A DNA stretch of 32,000 nucleotides from Promethearchaeia archaeon (GCA_046497275.1 JAWOFX010000092.1:1-32000); one strand, 5' to 3'; shown: positions 1 through 8,342, counted from the stretch's first letter. Numbers and translations are program-made. The notes: generated by a model not told the origin, from the sequence alone.

Positions 1-488
1 AATAGTTCAATTGATGGTCTATCTTCTCTGGTTCCAATATATCTCCATATTATATTCATTTCTTTATTGATCATGAATGTAGAAGGAATGGCTAATTTTG
101 TTTTGAGATATATGATATCTATGGCACTTCCAAAGGTATACACATTAAATTTCTTTGCAATTTTCGCTCCTCTGTCAGAAACTAATGGAAATTGATAATC
201 GAACTTATTTGACAATTTTTTGAGATGATTTTTGCTGTCACTGGCAATCGCTATAAAGATCACATTTCTTTTTTGAAATTCTGATATATTATGGTTAATT
301 TTTTCTAAATGTTCCTTGCAGGGAATTCAAAATGCTCCACGGAAGAAATCTATTAATATTCCTTCTGTTGTTTTCAATACTTCTTTAAATTCCAAAGTTC
401 TATTATTGATATCGATCAAAGCTTCAATAGGGCTTTTAGAACCCACTGGAATTCCTCTTTCTGAATTATTATTATCAATAACACTCAT
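1..488 (-). CDS. AhpC/TSA-family (peroxiredoxin-like) redoxin, probable selenoprotein with UxxC motif; 3' end runs off the window
   Basis: Manual translation from ATG at 488: MSVIDNNNSERGIPVGSKSPIEALIDINNRTLEFKEVLKTTEGILIDFFRGAF-[TGA 329-327]-IPCKEHLEKINHNISEFQKRNVIFIAIASDSKNHLKKLSNKFDYQFPLVSDRGAKIAKKFNVYTFGSAIDIIYLKTKLAIPSTFMINKEMNIIWRYIGTREDRPSIEL. The frame stays open for more than 100 codons after the TGA. FFRGAF-U-IPC matches the FYRGxWCPxC redoxin motif, and FPLVSD and AIPSTFMIN are also typical of the family. Confidence 0.88.
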
Positions 489-611
489 AAAAATATTTAT
501 GATTGAATATGATTTATTCCTTCTGTTAATGAAAAATAAATGAACAATATTAGAATAAATGGCTTTTATCGGAATTTTGTTATAGTTTTGTTATTTCTAA
601 AATGCAAATAG

Positions 612-627
612 AAAAACCTTCGCAAGG
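612..627 (-). terminator. Short GC hairpin plus U-tract, terminator-like
   Basis: Minus strand CCUU-GCG-AAGG-UUUUU, a GC-rich stretch in an AT-rich intergenic region. The stem is only 4 bp. Confidence 0.3.
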
Positions 628-670
628 CGGTCAACATAAATCTAAAATTTTCATTTATGTATCATCCCTT
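624..670 (-). promoter_or_regulatory. SECIS-like kink-turn stem-loop
   Basis: Minus-strand RNA: AAGG-GAU-GA-U-ACAUAAAU-GAAAAUUUUAG-AUUUAUGU-U-GA-CC-GCCUU. It has a perfect 8-bp upper stem, a U.U pair, tandem G.A/A.G pairs, a 3-nt GAU bulge, two G-C pairs closing the lower stem, and an A-run at the 5' side of the apical loop. Folded by hand only. Confidence 0.6.
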
Positions 671-695
671 TAATGTAGGTTCATAAAGCTATTTA

Positions 696-806
696 TCATT
701 TAAAATTAAATTTCATAAAATATTGGATTGATTTACATACTGGACAATAATTATAACCATATGAATTTTTATCCAATATTTTACCACAATTCTGACAGAT
801 AATCAT
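696..806 (-). CDS. Small zinc-ribbon protein (36 aa)
   Basis: MIICQNCGKILDKNSYGYNYCPVCKSIQYFMKFNFK-TGA-TAA; CxxC-x13-CxxC. Below the ORF-track length cutoff. Confidence 0.65.
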   Translation of the reverse strand: MIICQNCGKILDKNSYGYNYCPVCKSIQYFMKFNFK

Positions 807-944
807 CAAGATTTGAAAACTTAGAGAGAAATTAAAAATAAGTATTATTAATTAAAATTGCGATAATTTTATAATGATAAATAAATAAATTTTCATTAAT
901 TTATAAGATATCCAAAAAAATTATATAGAATTTTTAGATGAGTA

Positions 945-1985
945 ATGGCATTCGTAATCTATAATGATCAAAAATACCAAATAGAGAATGGAGTTTTAGA
1001 TTTAGGACTTTTAGGTATTAGGGATATATTAAATATTGAGGGACTAGATAAAATCGAAGATTTGAAACAATTGGATTTAGGTTCTAATGAACTTACTCAA
1101 ATAAATGGATTAAATAATCTTAGAGATTTGAGGATACTTAATTTAGGAAGTAATAAAATTAAAAAGATTTCTGGTTTAGATACTTTAAAAAATCTTGAGA
1201 TTTTGCATTTGGTGAGTAATCAAATCAGTCAAATCCAAGGTTTAGAAGAATTGGAAAATTTAAAAGAGCTTTATTTGAGGGGAAATAAGATTCAAACGAT
1301 TAAAGGGCTTGGAAATTTAAAGAATCTTGAGAAATTAGATCTATCTTGGAACCTTATCAAAAAAATTGAAGATTTAGAAAACCTCGAAAATTTAGAAGTT
1401 TTGTGGATTGCGGGAAATATGCTTGAAAACACAAAAGGTCTGAATAAATTAAATTCACTAAAAATTCTAAATTTAGCAGGAAATCAAATAAAAAAAATAG
1501 AAGCATTAGAAAATCTAAAAAATTTAGAGGAACTTTATTTGAACAATAATTTTATTGAAAAATTAGAAGAGCTAGGAAGTTTAGAAAAATTAGAATCTAT
1601 ATGGCTTAATAGTAATAGAATTGAAACTATTGAGGGATTAGACGGTCTTAGAAATCTTAAGTTATTAAATCTAAAAGAAAACAAGATATATCGGATTAAT
1701 GGATTATATAGATTAAAGGATCTAAAAGAACTTTATTTATCTGGTAATAAAATTATTAATATCACCGGCTTTGAGACTCTTACGAAATTGGAGACTTTAG
1801 ATCTGAATAATAACAAAATAAAAAGTATTACTGGTCTTGAATCTTTAACAAGTCTAAATTCTCTATGGATCAAGGGGAATCAGATACCAGAAGAGTTTTT
1901 AGAAAAGTTAGGTGGAATAGATCCCTCTGGATTTGCAAATAATCCTTTAAAATTTGTAGAATATTGTATAATTAAGATTTCTTAA
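945..1985 (+). CDS. Leucine-rich repeat protein, SDS22/internalin-like 22-aa repeats
   Basis: About 13 regular repeats of LxxLxxLxLxxNxIxxIxGLxx plus one irregular N-terminal repeat, ending in a C-cap (NNPLKFVEYC). Confidence 0.95.
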   Translation: MAFVIYNDQKYQIENGVLDLGLLGIRDILNIEGLDKIEDLKQLDLGSNELTQINGLNNLRDLRILNLGSNKIKKISGLDTLKNLEILHLVSNQISQIQGLEELENLKELYLRGNKIQTIKGLGNLKNLEKLDLSWNLIKKIEDLENLENLEVLWIAGNMLENTKGLNKLNSLKILNLAGNQIKKIEALENLKNLEELYLNNNFIEKLEELGSLEKLESIWLNSNRIETIEGLDGLRNLKLLNLKENKIYRINGLYRLKDLKELYLSGNKIINITGFETLTKLETLDLNNNKIKSITGLESLTSLNSLWIKGNQIPEEFLEKLGGIDPSGFANNPLKFVEYCIIKIS

Positions 1986-1993
1986 AAAAAAAA
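1984..1993 (-). terminator. Oligo-U terminator candidate for the MFS gene
   Basis: T10 run on the minus strand about 20 nt past the MFS stop at 2013, between convergent genes. Confidence 0.4.
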
Positions 1994-2012
1994 TTAGAGA
2001 ATTGAGGAGGAA

Positions 2013-3278
2013 TTATCTATCTCTTTCAATCTCTTCAAGCGATTGTCCTTTTGTTTCGTATGGTTTTATTAATAATGATAGTGTTGGGATAAGGATAATT
2101 ATTCCTGCTACCATCCACAATAAAAACATATCTGGATCTATTAGAAACAAAGCAGATGCAATTAAAGGTCCTGTGACATATGAAGAACGAGCTGCGGTAT
2201 TTGTTATTCCTACAGCAGTTGATCTGATTCTAGTTGGAAATATTTCACCAAAATATACCATTATCCATGCTAAAACAACAGGCATGAATAAATAGATCAT
2301 CCAGAAGAATATAGGTTCTTGTGTAAATCCTAAAAAGAAAAACCCAATAGCAGAACCAATACAACCAATAAGTAAAGTTCCAATTCTTCCAAGTTTATCT
2401 AATAAGAGTCCTCCAATTCCAGCTCCTACCATTGTTAGTAAACCACCAATTGTCAAATAAGTGTCATATTGTTCTTCAGGAATTCCTACTACATTTATAT
2501 AATATTCGCCACCCCAACTAGTACCCATTTTAAATGAGATAGACCAAAGAGTATACACTATTGAGGAAATTGCCACGTAAAGAATATCTTTCTTTGTCAA
2601 TGATTTTATTGCATCTTTTATTTTTAAATATTTACCTCCATGATCTTCTTGTCTACTTGTTTTCCATCTTTCAGTCTCCTTCATGAAATACAAAGGGATC
2701 AATAGGATTAAAAATAAGAAAAACATAATACCATAGGCCCAATACCAACCTAATGAAGTTGATATCCTTCCGGCTACAAAAGCATATATAGGTATCAACC
2801 CAATTAGAAATGTCAGGCCACCATAAATCCCACGCTTCTTAGAGGGAGACTCTTCAGTAATAGGAATTTGCCATGCATTTGATTGAGTCGCCATTATAGA
2901 AATTCCATACATGGTCATTATAAAAAAGAAATTACCGGGAAAAAGCCCAATAAATAGACATGGGATTGCTAAGGTTGACATTAACAATAATATACCTTTT
3001 CTCCTACCGAATGCATCAAAAAACCAAGCAATGAAAAATACAGCAAATGATATTATCCCATATATTGATTGCCAAAAAGCAAAAGTATCTTTATTTAACC
3101 ATGGATAAAAAGCTATAATCTCAGGTATTATCCGAGATTCAACAAGCGAAATGAAATTATCCATGTTGCCTACTAGACCCATGAAAACTACCAAAAAAAT
3201 CATATAACCACGAGATCTTGGTTTAAATTCTTTTAATTCTTCTTCTTTTTTTTTTGCTAAAGCATCTAATTTTGCCAT
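2013..3278 (-). CDS. MFS transporter
   Basis: About 12 hydrophobic segments; motif A twice (FFDAFGRRKG, LLDKLGRIG); TEESPSKKRG and GEIFPTRIRSTAVG; C-terminal ETKGQSLEEI as in the sugar-porter/AAHS group. ATG at 3278 preferred over the TTG at 3293. Confidence 0.92.
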   Translation of the reverse strand: MAKLDALAKKKEEELKEFKPRSRGYMIFLVVFMGLVGNMDNFISLVESRIIPEIIAFYPWLNKDTFAFWQSIYGIISFAVFFIAWFFDAFGRRKGILLLMSTLAIPCLFIGLFPGNFFFIMTMYGISIMATQSNAWQIPITEESPSKKRGIYGGLTFLIGLIPIYAFVAGRISTSLGWYWAYGIMFFLFLILLIPLYFMKETERWKTSRQEDHGGKYLKIKDAIKSLTKKDILYVAISSIVYTLWSISFKMGTSWGGEYYINVVGIPEEQYDTYLTIGGLLTMVGAGIGGLLLDKLGRIGTLLIGCIGSAIGFFFLGFTQEPIFFWMIYLFMPVVLAWIMVYFGEIFPTRIRSTAVGITNTAARSSYVTGPLIASALFLIDPDMFLLWMVAGIIILIPTLSLLIKPYETKGQSLEEIERDR

Positions 3279-3600
3279 AGATATTGTTCTCAATCTAAAA
3301 ATATTTAAATCTTTCTATTTCTATGGTTTTCTCATATAATTAGAAATATTGTAGTAGCTCATTCAGAAAAATTAGTTAAAATTTAATATTTCACTTTTTT
3401 CGGAATTTTCAAACTTGATTTTACAATAAAATTTTAATATCAGGAAGATCGAAAAAATAGTTTATTCTGCGAATATTGTGTCAATTAAATATATTTTAAG
3501 TAAATTGAAAGATTTAATAAAAATAGATAAAATACAATATTATTAAAAATATAATTAATATAGCTAATACAACTAAAGCAATTTAATGTAGGATATAAAT

Positions 3601-4866
3601 ATGAAAAATAACAAAATTAAAATTAATCCTTGGGAGAGCGCTAAGAAAAAACTTCAAATTGCAGCTAAGGAAATTAATATGAAGCCAAACACCTTAAATT
3701 ATTTGAATAAAGTTGAACGTATATTAGTGGTCTCCGTACCAATCCTCAAAGATGATGGAAATTTGGAGATTTTTGAGGGATATAGATGTCATCATAGCAC
3801 ACTTAGAGGACCTGCGAAGGGAGGGATTCGATATTCTCCAGATGTAACCATGGATGAAATTAAAGCTTTAGCATTTTTGATGACGTGTAAAACAGCACTC
3901 TTAAATTTACCACTCGGAGGATCCAAAGGCGGAGTAAGAGTAGACCCTAATAAATTGTCGAAAAAAGAACTGGAACGATTAACAAGACGTTATACCGCAG
4001 AAATTATAAATGTTATTGGTCCAGATCTAGATATTCCCGCACCAGATATGGGTACTGATGAGCAAGTTATGGCATGGGTCTTTGACACTTATTCAATGCA
4101 AAAAGGTAGAACAATTCCTAGTTGTGTTACAGGGAAACCATCTGAGGTTGGAGGATCTGTCGGAAGAACTGGAGCAGTTGGTACTGGGATGTTTTATATT
4201 CTGGAAGAATTATGTAAAAAAAAAAATTTGGATCTCAAATCAATGACTATAGCAATCCAAGGGTTTGGAAAAGTAGGGAAAGAAATAGGAAAGAAATTAT
4301 ATGATTATGGCTGTAAAGTTATTGCTGTAAGCGACAGTAAAGGAGCAATTTTAAATAAAAATGGATTGGATATTGATAGTTTGATCAAATATAAAAATAA
4401 AAATAATGCTGTAAAGGATTTTAATTCGCAAAATAGCGAAATTATTACAAATTCTAATTTGCTTGCTTTAGATTGTGATATTTTATGTCCTTGTGCTACA
4501 GAAAATTTATTATACTCTGGAAATGCTGATAATGTAAGGGCAAAGATCATACTTGAAGGAGCGAATAGTCCAACAACATCAAAAGCGGATGAAATATTTG
4601 ATAATAACGGGATTATTGTTATTCCAGACATCCTATCTAATAGTGGAGGTGTTTGTATTAGTTATTTTGAATATATCCAAGATATTCAATCTTATTCTTG
4701 GGACTTAGAAAGAGTTAACAGGGAGATGAGAACAGTTCTTTTGAAAGCTTTTGAACAAGTTTATAATTTATCGAGAGAAAAAAATGTATCTTTAAGAACA
4801 GCAGCATATATGATTGCCGGTGATAGGTTGGCTAAAGCACATGAATGGAGAGATTTATTTCCATAA
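3601..4866 (+). CDS. Glu/Leu/Phe/Val dehydrogenase (glutamate dehydrogenase-like), divergent copy 1
   Basis: GPAKGGIRY, MTCK, GGSKGG, PAPD, VTGKP and QGFGKVG motifs; several canonical residues are altered (see findings). Confidence 0.93.
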   Translation: MKNNKIKINPWESAKKKLQIAAKEINMKPNTLNYLNKVERILVVSVPILKDDGNLEIFEGYRCHHSTLRGPAKGGIRYSPDVTMDEIKALAFLMTCKTALLNLPLGGSKGGVRVDPNKLSKKELERLTRRYTAEIINVIGPDLDIPAPDMGTDEQVMAWVFDTYSMQKGRTIPSCVTGKPSEVGGSVGRTGAVGTGMFYILEELCKKKNLDLKSMTIAIQGFGKVGKEIGKKLYDYGCKVIAVSDSKGAILNKNGLDIDSLIKYKNKNNAVKDFNSQNSEIITNSNLLALDCDILCPCATENLLYSGNADNVRAKIILEGANSPTTSKADEIFDNNGIIVIPDILSNSGGVCISYFEYIQDIQSYSWDLERVNREMRTVLLKAFEQVYNLSREKNVSLRTAAYMIAGDRLAKAHEWRDLFP

Positions 4867-4893
4867 ATAATAATATTTTGAGGCTAAAAAAAG

Positions 4894-6144
4894 ATGAGTG
4901 TAAATCCTTTTAAAATGGCTCAGCAACAGATTGATCTTGTTGCTAAATATGTTGATGTTCATTCTAATATTCTGGAATTTTTAAAAACCGTAGAAAGAAC
5001 ATTAATCGTGTCTGTTCCAATAAGGATGGATGATGGTTCAGTTAAGATTTTTGAAGGTTATCGAGCTCAGCATTCGACCGTTAGAGGTCCAGGAAAGGGC
5101 GGGATTAGATATTCTGAAAATGTGAATTTAGATGAAGTAAAAGCCTTGGCAACGTGGATGACATGGAAATCAAGCTTATTAAATCTTCCACTAGGAGGTG
5201 CGAAGGGGGGTGTAACTTGTAGTCCGGCAGAACTTTCCAAAGCGGAGATCCAAAGAATTACCAGAAGATATACCTCCGAAATAATTAATGTCATCGGTCC
5301 CGAATTAGACATTCCCGCCCCCGATGTCAATACAAATGCAGAAATAATGGGATGGATTATGGATACTTATTCTATGAATATGGGTCATCCTGTTCCGGGA
5401 GTGGTGACTGGTAAACCGATTGAAATAGGAGGATCAGTAGGCAGACAATCGGCTACTGGTACGGGGCTTTATTATGTTCTTAATGAATTATGTAATAAAC
5501 TTAATCTTCAGCTGAAAGAGCAAGAAATTATTATTCAAGGATTTGGTAATGTAGGAGGAACAATTGCTCAATTACTTTATCAACATGGTTGCAAAATAAT
5601 AGCGATCTCCGATATTTCAGGAGGCTTGTATTCGGAAAATGGCCTAGATATTGAAAAATTAATCGAATGGAGAGACGCGGGGAATTTATTTGTGGATTTT
5701 CCGTCAAATGATTATATTAAAATATCTAATGATGATCTTCTTACAACAGAATGTGATATCTTAATTCCTGCTGCAGTTGAAAATCAAATAACCAAAGATA
5801 ATGCGAACCAAATAGATTGTAAAATCGTTTTAGAGGGTGCTAATGGCCCCACAACTCCAGAAGCTGATGAGATCCTAAACCAGAAGAAGATTTATGTTGT
5901 TCCGGATATTTTAGCAAACTCTGGAGGGGTTTGCGTAAGTTATTTTGAATATGTACAAGACACTAGCTCTTATTTCTGGGATTTAGAACGTATAAATAAG
6001 GAACTTAAGAAAATCATTACCAATGCATTTGAAGATGTTTGGAGAACATCAATAGAGAAGAATGTTTCTCTACGTATTGCTGCATATATCCTCGCTGTTA
6101 CTCGAGTCGCAAAAGCAATCGAATTTAGAGGCTTCTATCCCTAA
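4894..6144 (+). CDS. gdhA: Glutamate dehydrogenase, canonical copy 2
   Basis: GPGKGGIRY, MTWK, GGAKGG, PAPDVNT, GRQSATG, QGFGNVG, EGANGPTT, PDILANSGGV, VSYFE and terminal RGFYP. Confidence 0.95.
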   Translation: MSVNPFKMAQQQIDLVAKYVDVHSNILEFLKTVERTLIVSVPIRMDDGSVKIFEGYRAQHSTVRGPGKGGIRYSENVNLDEVKALATWMTWKSSLLNLPLGGAKGGVTCSPAELSKAEIQRITRRYTSEIINVIGPELDIPAPDVNTNAEIMGWIMDTYSMNMGHPVPGVVTGKPIEIGGSVGRQSATGTGLYYVLNELCNKLNLQLKEQEIIIQGFGNVGGTIAQLLYQHGCKIIAISDISGGLYSENGLDIEKLIEWRDAGNLFVDFPSNDYIKISNDDLLTTECDILIPAAVENQITKDNANQIDCKIVLEGANGPTTPEADEILNQKKIYVVPDILANSGGVCVSYFEYVQDTSSYFWDLERINKELKKIITNAFEDVWRTSIEKNVSLRIAAYILAVTRVAKAIEFRGFYP

Positions 6145-6251
6145 GAATTCTTCTATAAAAGCAATCATCTCAGAACTGGAAATTATATATTCATATTATT
6201 ATATTCTTTTTTTCATAATATGACAAAAATATAATTCAAAGAATTAAGAAA

Positions 6252-7031
6252 TTAAATATTCGTTAGTAAGGGTAATAAGTTATTTATTATCGAATTCATA
6301 GCGATGAATGATTTTGAATTCGTAGGAATTTCTATGATCGGCTTTCCTTTTAAATCATATTCAGAAATTATCTCATCCTCTGGAATCTGACCGATTAGTG
6401 GTATATCTAAATTTTTTATATAATCTAAAATCAATCCATAATCTTTTTTAACTCTATTTAAAATCAATCCAATATATTTTGAATGTGTGAACTTTTGAGC
6501 GGTTAGTTTGATTGATTTAACCGTTTCTAAGCTTCTAATAGTCATATCCGAAATGATAAGTATGACATCTACATTTCTGATTACTTTTCTATTAATTTGC
6601 TCTAAACCTGCTTCGCAATCAATTAAAATTATATCATAATCTTGAGATATTGAATCAATAACACTTCTGAGTAAAGTGTTTAAAGGACAGAAACATCCTT
6701 CGATATTTGGTTGACCAATGGAGAGTAATCCAAATCTCTTAGTCTCTTCAATTATATTGTAAACCTTATAATCAATTTCTTGAGCAATTTTATCAATTCG
6801 GAGAGTTTTATTAATAGATTTTTGTATAATTTCAGTTCTGAGATCCTCAATTGTGTTTTTAGGAATTAAATTCATCATATAACTTAGATGGGGATGTGTT
6901 GGATCTCCATCTATTAATAATAGTTTCTTATTATATATCTCGATTAAAACTTTTGCCATGAGTGTTGTTGTTAAACTCTTCCCAGCACCACCTTTTCCAT
7001 TAATAGATATTATTATTGATTTTTTAGCCAT
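6252..7031 (-). CDS. cooC: CooC/AcsF-type nickel-insertion ATPase (MinD/SIMIBI family)
   Basis: Deviant Walker A GKGGAGKS, IDGDP, metal-binding GCFC (6687-6698) and DCEAGLE. Confidence 0.88.
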   Translation of the reverse strand: MAKKSIIISINGKGGAGKSLTTTLMAKVLIEIYNKKLLLIDGDPTHPHLSYMMNLIPKNTIEDLRTEIIQKSINKTLRIDKIAQEIDYKVYNIIEETKRFGLLSIGQPNIEGCFCPLNTLLRSVIDSISQDYDIILIDCEAGLEQINRKVIRNVDVILIISDMTIRSLETVKSIKLTAQKFTHSKYIGLILNRVKKDYGLILDYIKNLDIPLIGQIPEDEIISEYDLKGKPIIEIPTNSKSFIAMNSIINNLLPLLTNI

Positions 7032-7047
7032 TTCTTATACCTTTATA

Positions 7048-7815
7048 CTATCTTTCTAATTCTTCTCTTTTTTTTAAGATTAATTGAATATTTTGACAAG
7101 ATTTTAAATACGGACAGATCTCGCAAGTCCATGAATATTCACAGTCTATTCGTTTCTTCCAATTATTTACTTTATCTCTCCATATACCGTCCACTTTTAA
7201 TTGGATATCAGAAACAAGATTTAAAAAATCTTCAACAACACTTTTATCTGAATTAACCATAAAGATTTTTATTGAGTGAATGAAGTCTTCGTATTTTTGT
7301 TTATATAGAAATATAAATGCTTTAGCAAGAAATTCAAATGAAAAATTTTTTTCAATTAATTCTTTACTAATACGACACCAAAATTTTCTTGGTATTGTTC
7401 TTTGAGATAATCCTTCGATACTATCCGAAATAATAGAAAATTGGCGAATTTCATCAAATAGAGGTTCTTTAATCTCTTTTAATTGGATTAGAATAAATAA
7501 TCCAAAATTGAGGTTTTTATCATTTCTCTCAAATATTTCATCTCCCAATAAATAGATAAAATCCCTATTATCATCCAATTGCTCTTGAGTTGGATAAATG
7601 AGAGAAAATGATTTCTTACCAATACCACCTAATTCTATTCCCAGTTCCTCTTTAAGCACAATATCTCTATGACTTCCCAATTCTAATCTGATATCGGTAC
7701 TTTTTAGAAATTTCTCCAAAGAATCATCGATTTCAAAAACTTTTAATTTTATTGAATACTTAGACTGTTCTTCAAAAAATTCAATTATACGTAAGAGGTG
7801 ATCGTTAATATTCAA
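7048..7815 (-). CDS. Truncated acetyl-CoA synthase beta (CdhC/AcsB) middle-domain-like protein with C-terminal Cys4 motif
   Basis: ELGG...SFSLI, LLGDEI, IEGLSQR...WCRISKE...KNFSF resemble the ACS middle domain (EMGG...AFELV...IGPDI...EGLWH...WLRVSK...KGF; comparison from memory). Ends in C-x5-C-x2-C-x5-C (7096-7143). TTG start. Confidence 0.7.
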   Translation of the reverse strand: MNINDHLLRIIEFFEEQSKYSIKLKVFEIDDSLEKFLKSTDIRLELGSHRDIVLKEELGIELGGIGKKSFSLIYPTQEQLDDNRDFIYLLGDEIFERNDKNLNFGLFILIQLKEIKEPLFDEIRQFSIISDSIEGLSQRTIPRKFWCRISKELIEKNFSFEFLAKAFIFLYKQKYEDFIHSIKIFMVNSDKSVVEDFLNLVSDIQLKVDGIWRDKVNNWKKRIDCEYSWTCEICPYLKSCQNIQLILKKREELER

Positions 7816-7922
7816 TCTGAATCAATTAGAATGATTTATATCATTAGTTTATTTAGAAAATAATTAAATATATATTAATTAAAGAACAATTAACTTTTAT
7901 TAAATTTATAAGTATTAAAAAA

Positions 7923-8342
7923 ATGATTGATATTCAACACCCTAAGGATTTGCTTTCAGTTTCTATTAAAAATATTCTAAGTTATCGTCCCGATTCAGAA
8001 ATGATTGAATTACTAAGAAATTATAATAAGAAAATCATAATAGAGTTAGAAAACTTTTATCCTGTAATGGTTATAATTCAAGATAAAAATATATCTTTTA
8101 ATTTTGGAGAGAAAATTGGAAAAGCTGATTTAAAGATAAAAATGGATTTAAATACCCTATTGGACTTAGCTTATAAAAGATTAGGACTAGTAAAGGCTGT
8201 ACTAACTCGACGATTGAAAATTAAGGGAATTTATAAACTAAAGACTGTTCTGAGATTCAAAAAAATCTTTCTCGATACTTTAAAAATGCTTGCAGCAGAT
8301 CCTAATCAAAACTATTATGAATTAAATAAAAACACCAGATAG
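7923..8342 (+). CDS. SCP2 sterol/lipid-binding domain protein
   Basis: ADLKIKMDLNTLLDLAYKRLGLVKAVLTRRLKIKG matches the SCP2 pattern ADxTIxM...KL...A...GKLKIxG. Confidence 0.78.
   Translation: MIDIQHPKDLLSVSIKNILSYRPDSEMIELLRNYNKKIIIELENFYPVMVIIQDKNISFNFGEKIGKADLKIKMDLNTLLDLAYKRLGLVKAVLTRRLKIKGIYKLKTVLRFKKIFLDTLKMLAADPNQNYYELNKNTR

Noticed and set aside
1-488. Redoxin as a pseudogene or frameshift, or TGA as a genome-wide reassigned codon
   Set aside because: The frame is intact across the A6 run, the TGA falls exactly on the catalytic Cys position, and other genes here end in TGA normally.
316-543. 75-aa plus-strand ORF in the track
   Set aside because: Antisense shadow of the redoxin gene; no motif.
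2002-3108. Short plus-strand ORFs 2002-2295 and 2911-3108
   Set aside because: Antisense to the MFS gene.
4058-5330. ORFs 4058-4246, 4305-4631 and 5067-5330 inside the GDH genes
   Set aside because: Alternate-frame or antisense shadows of conserved genes.
6207-6229. Inverted repeat between convergent gdh and cooC as a bidirectional terminator
   Set aside because: Almost all A/T with a very small loop; expected by chance.
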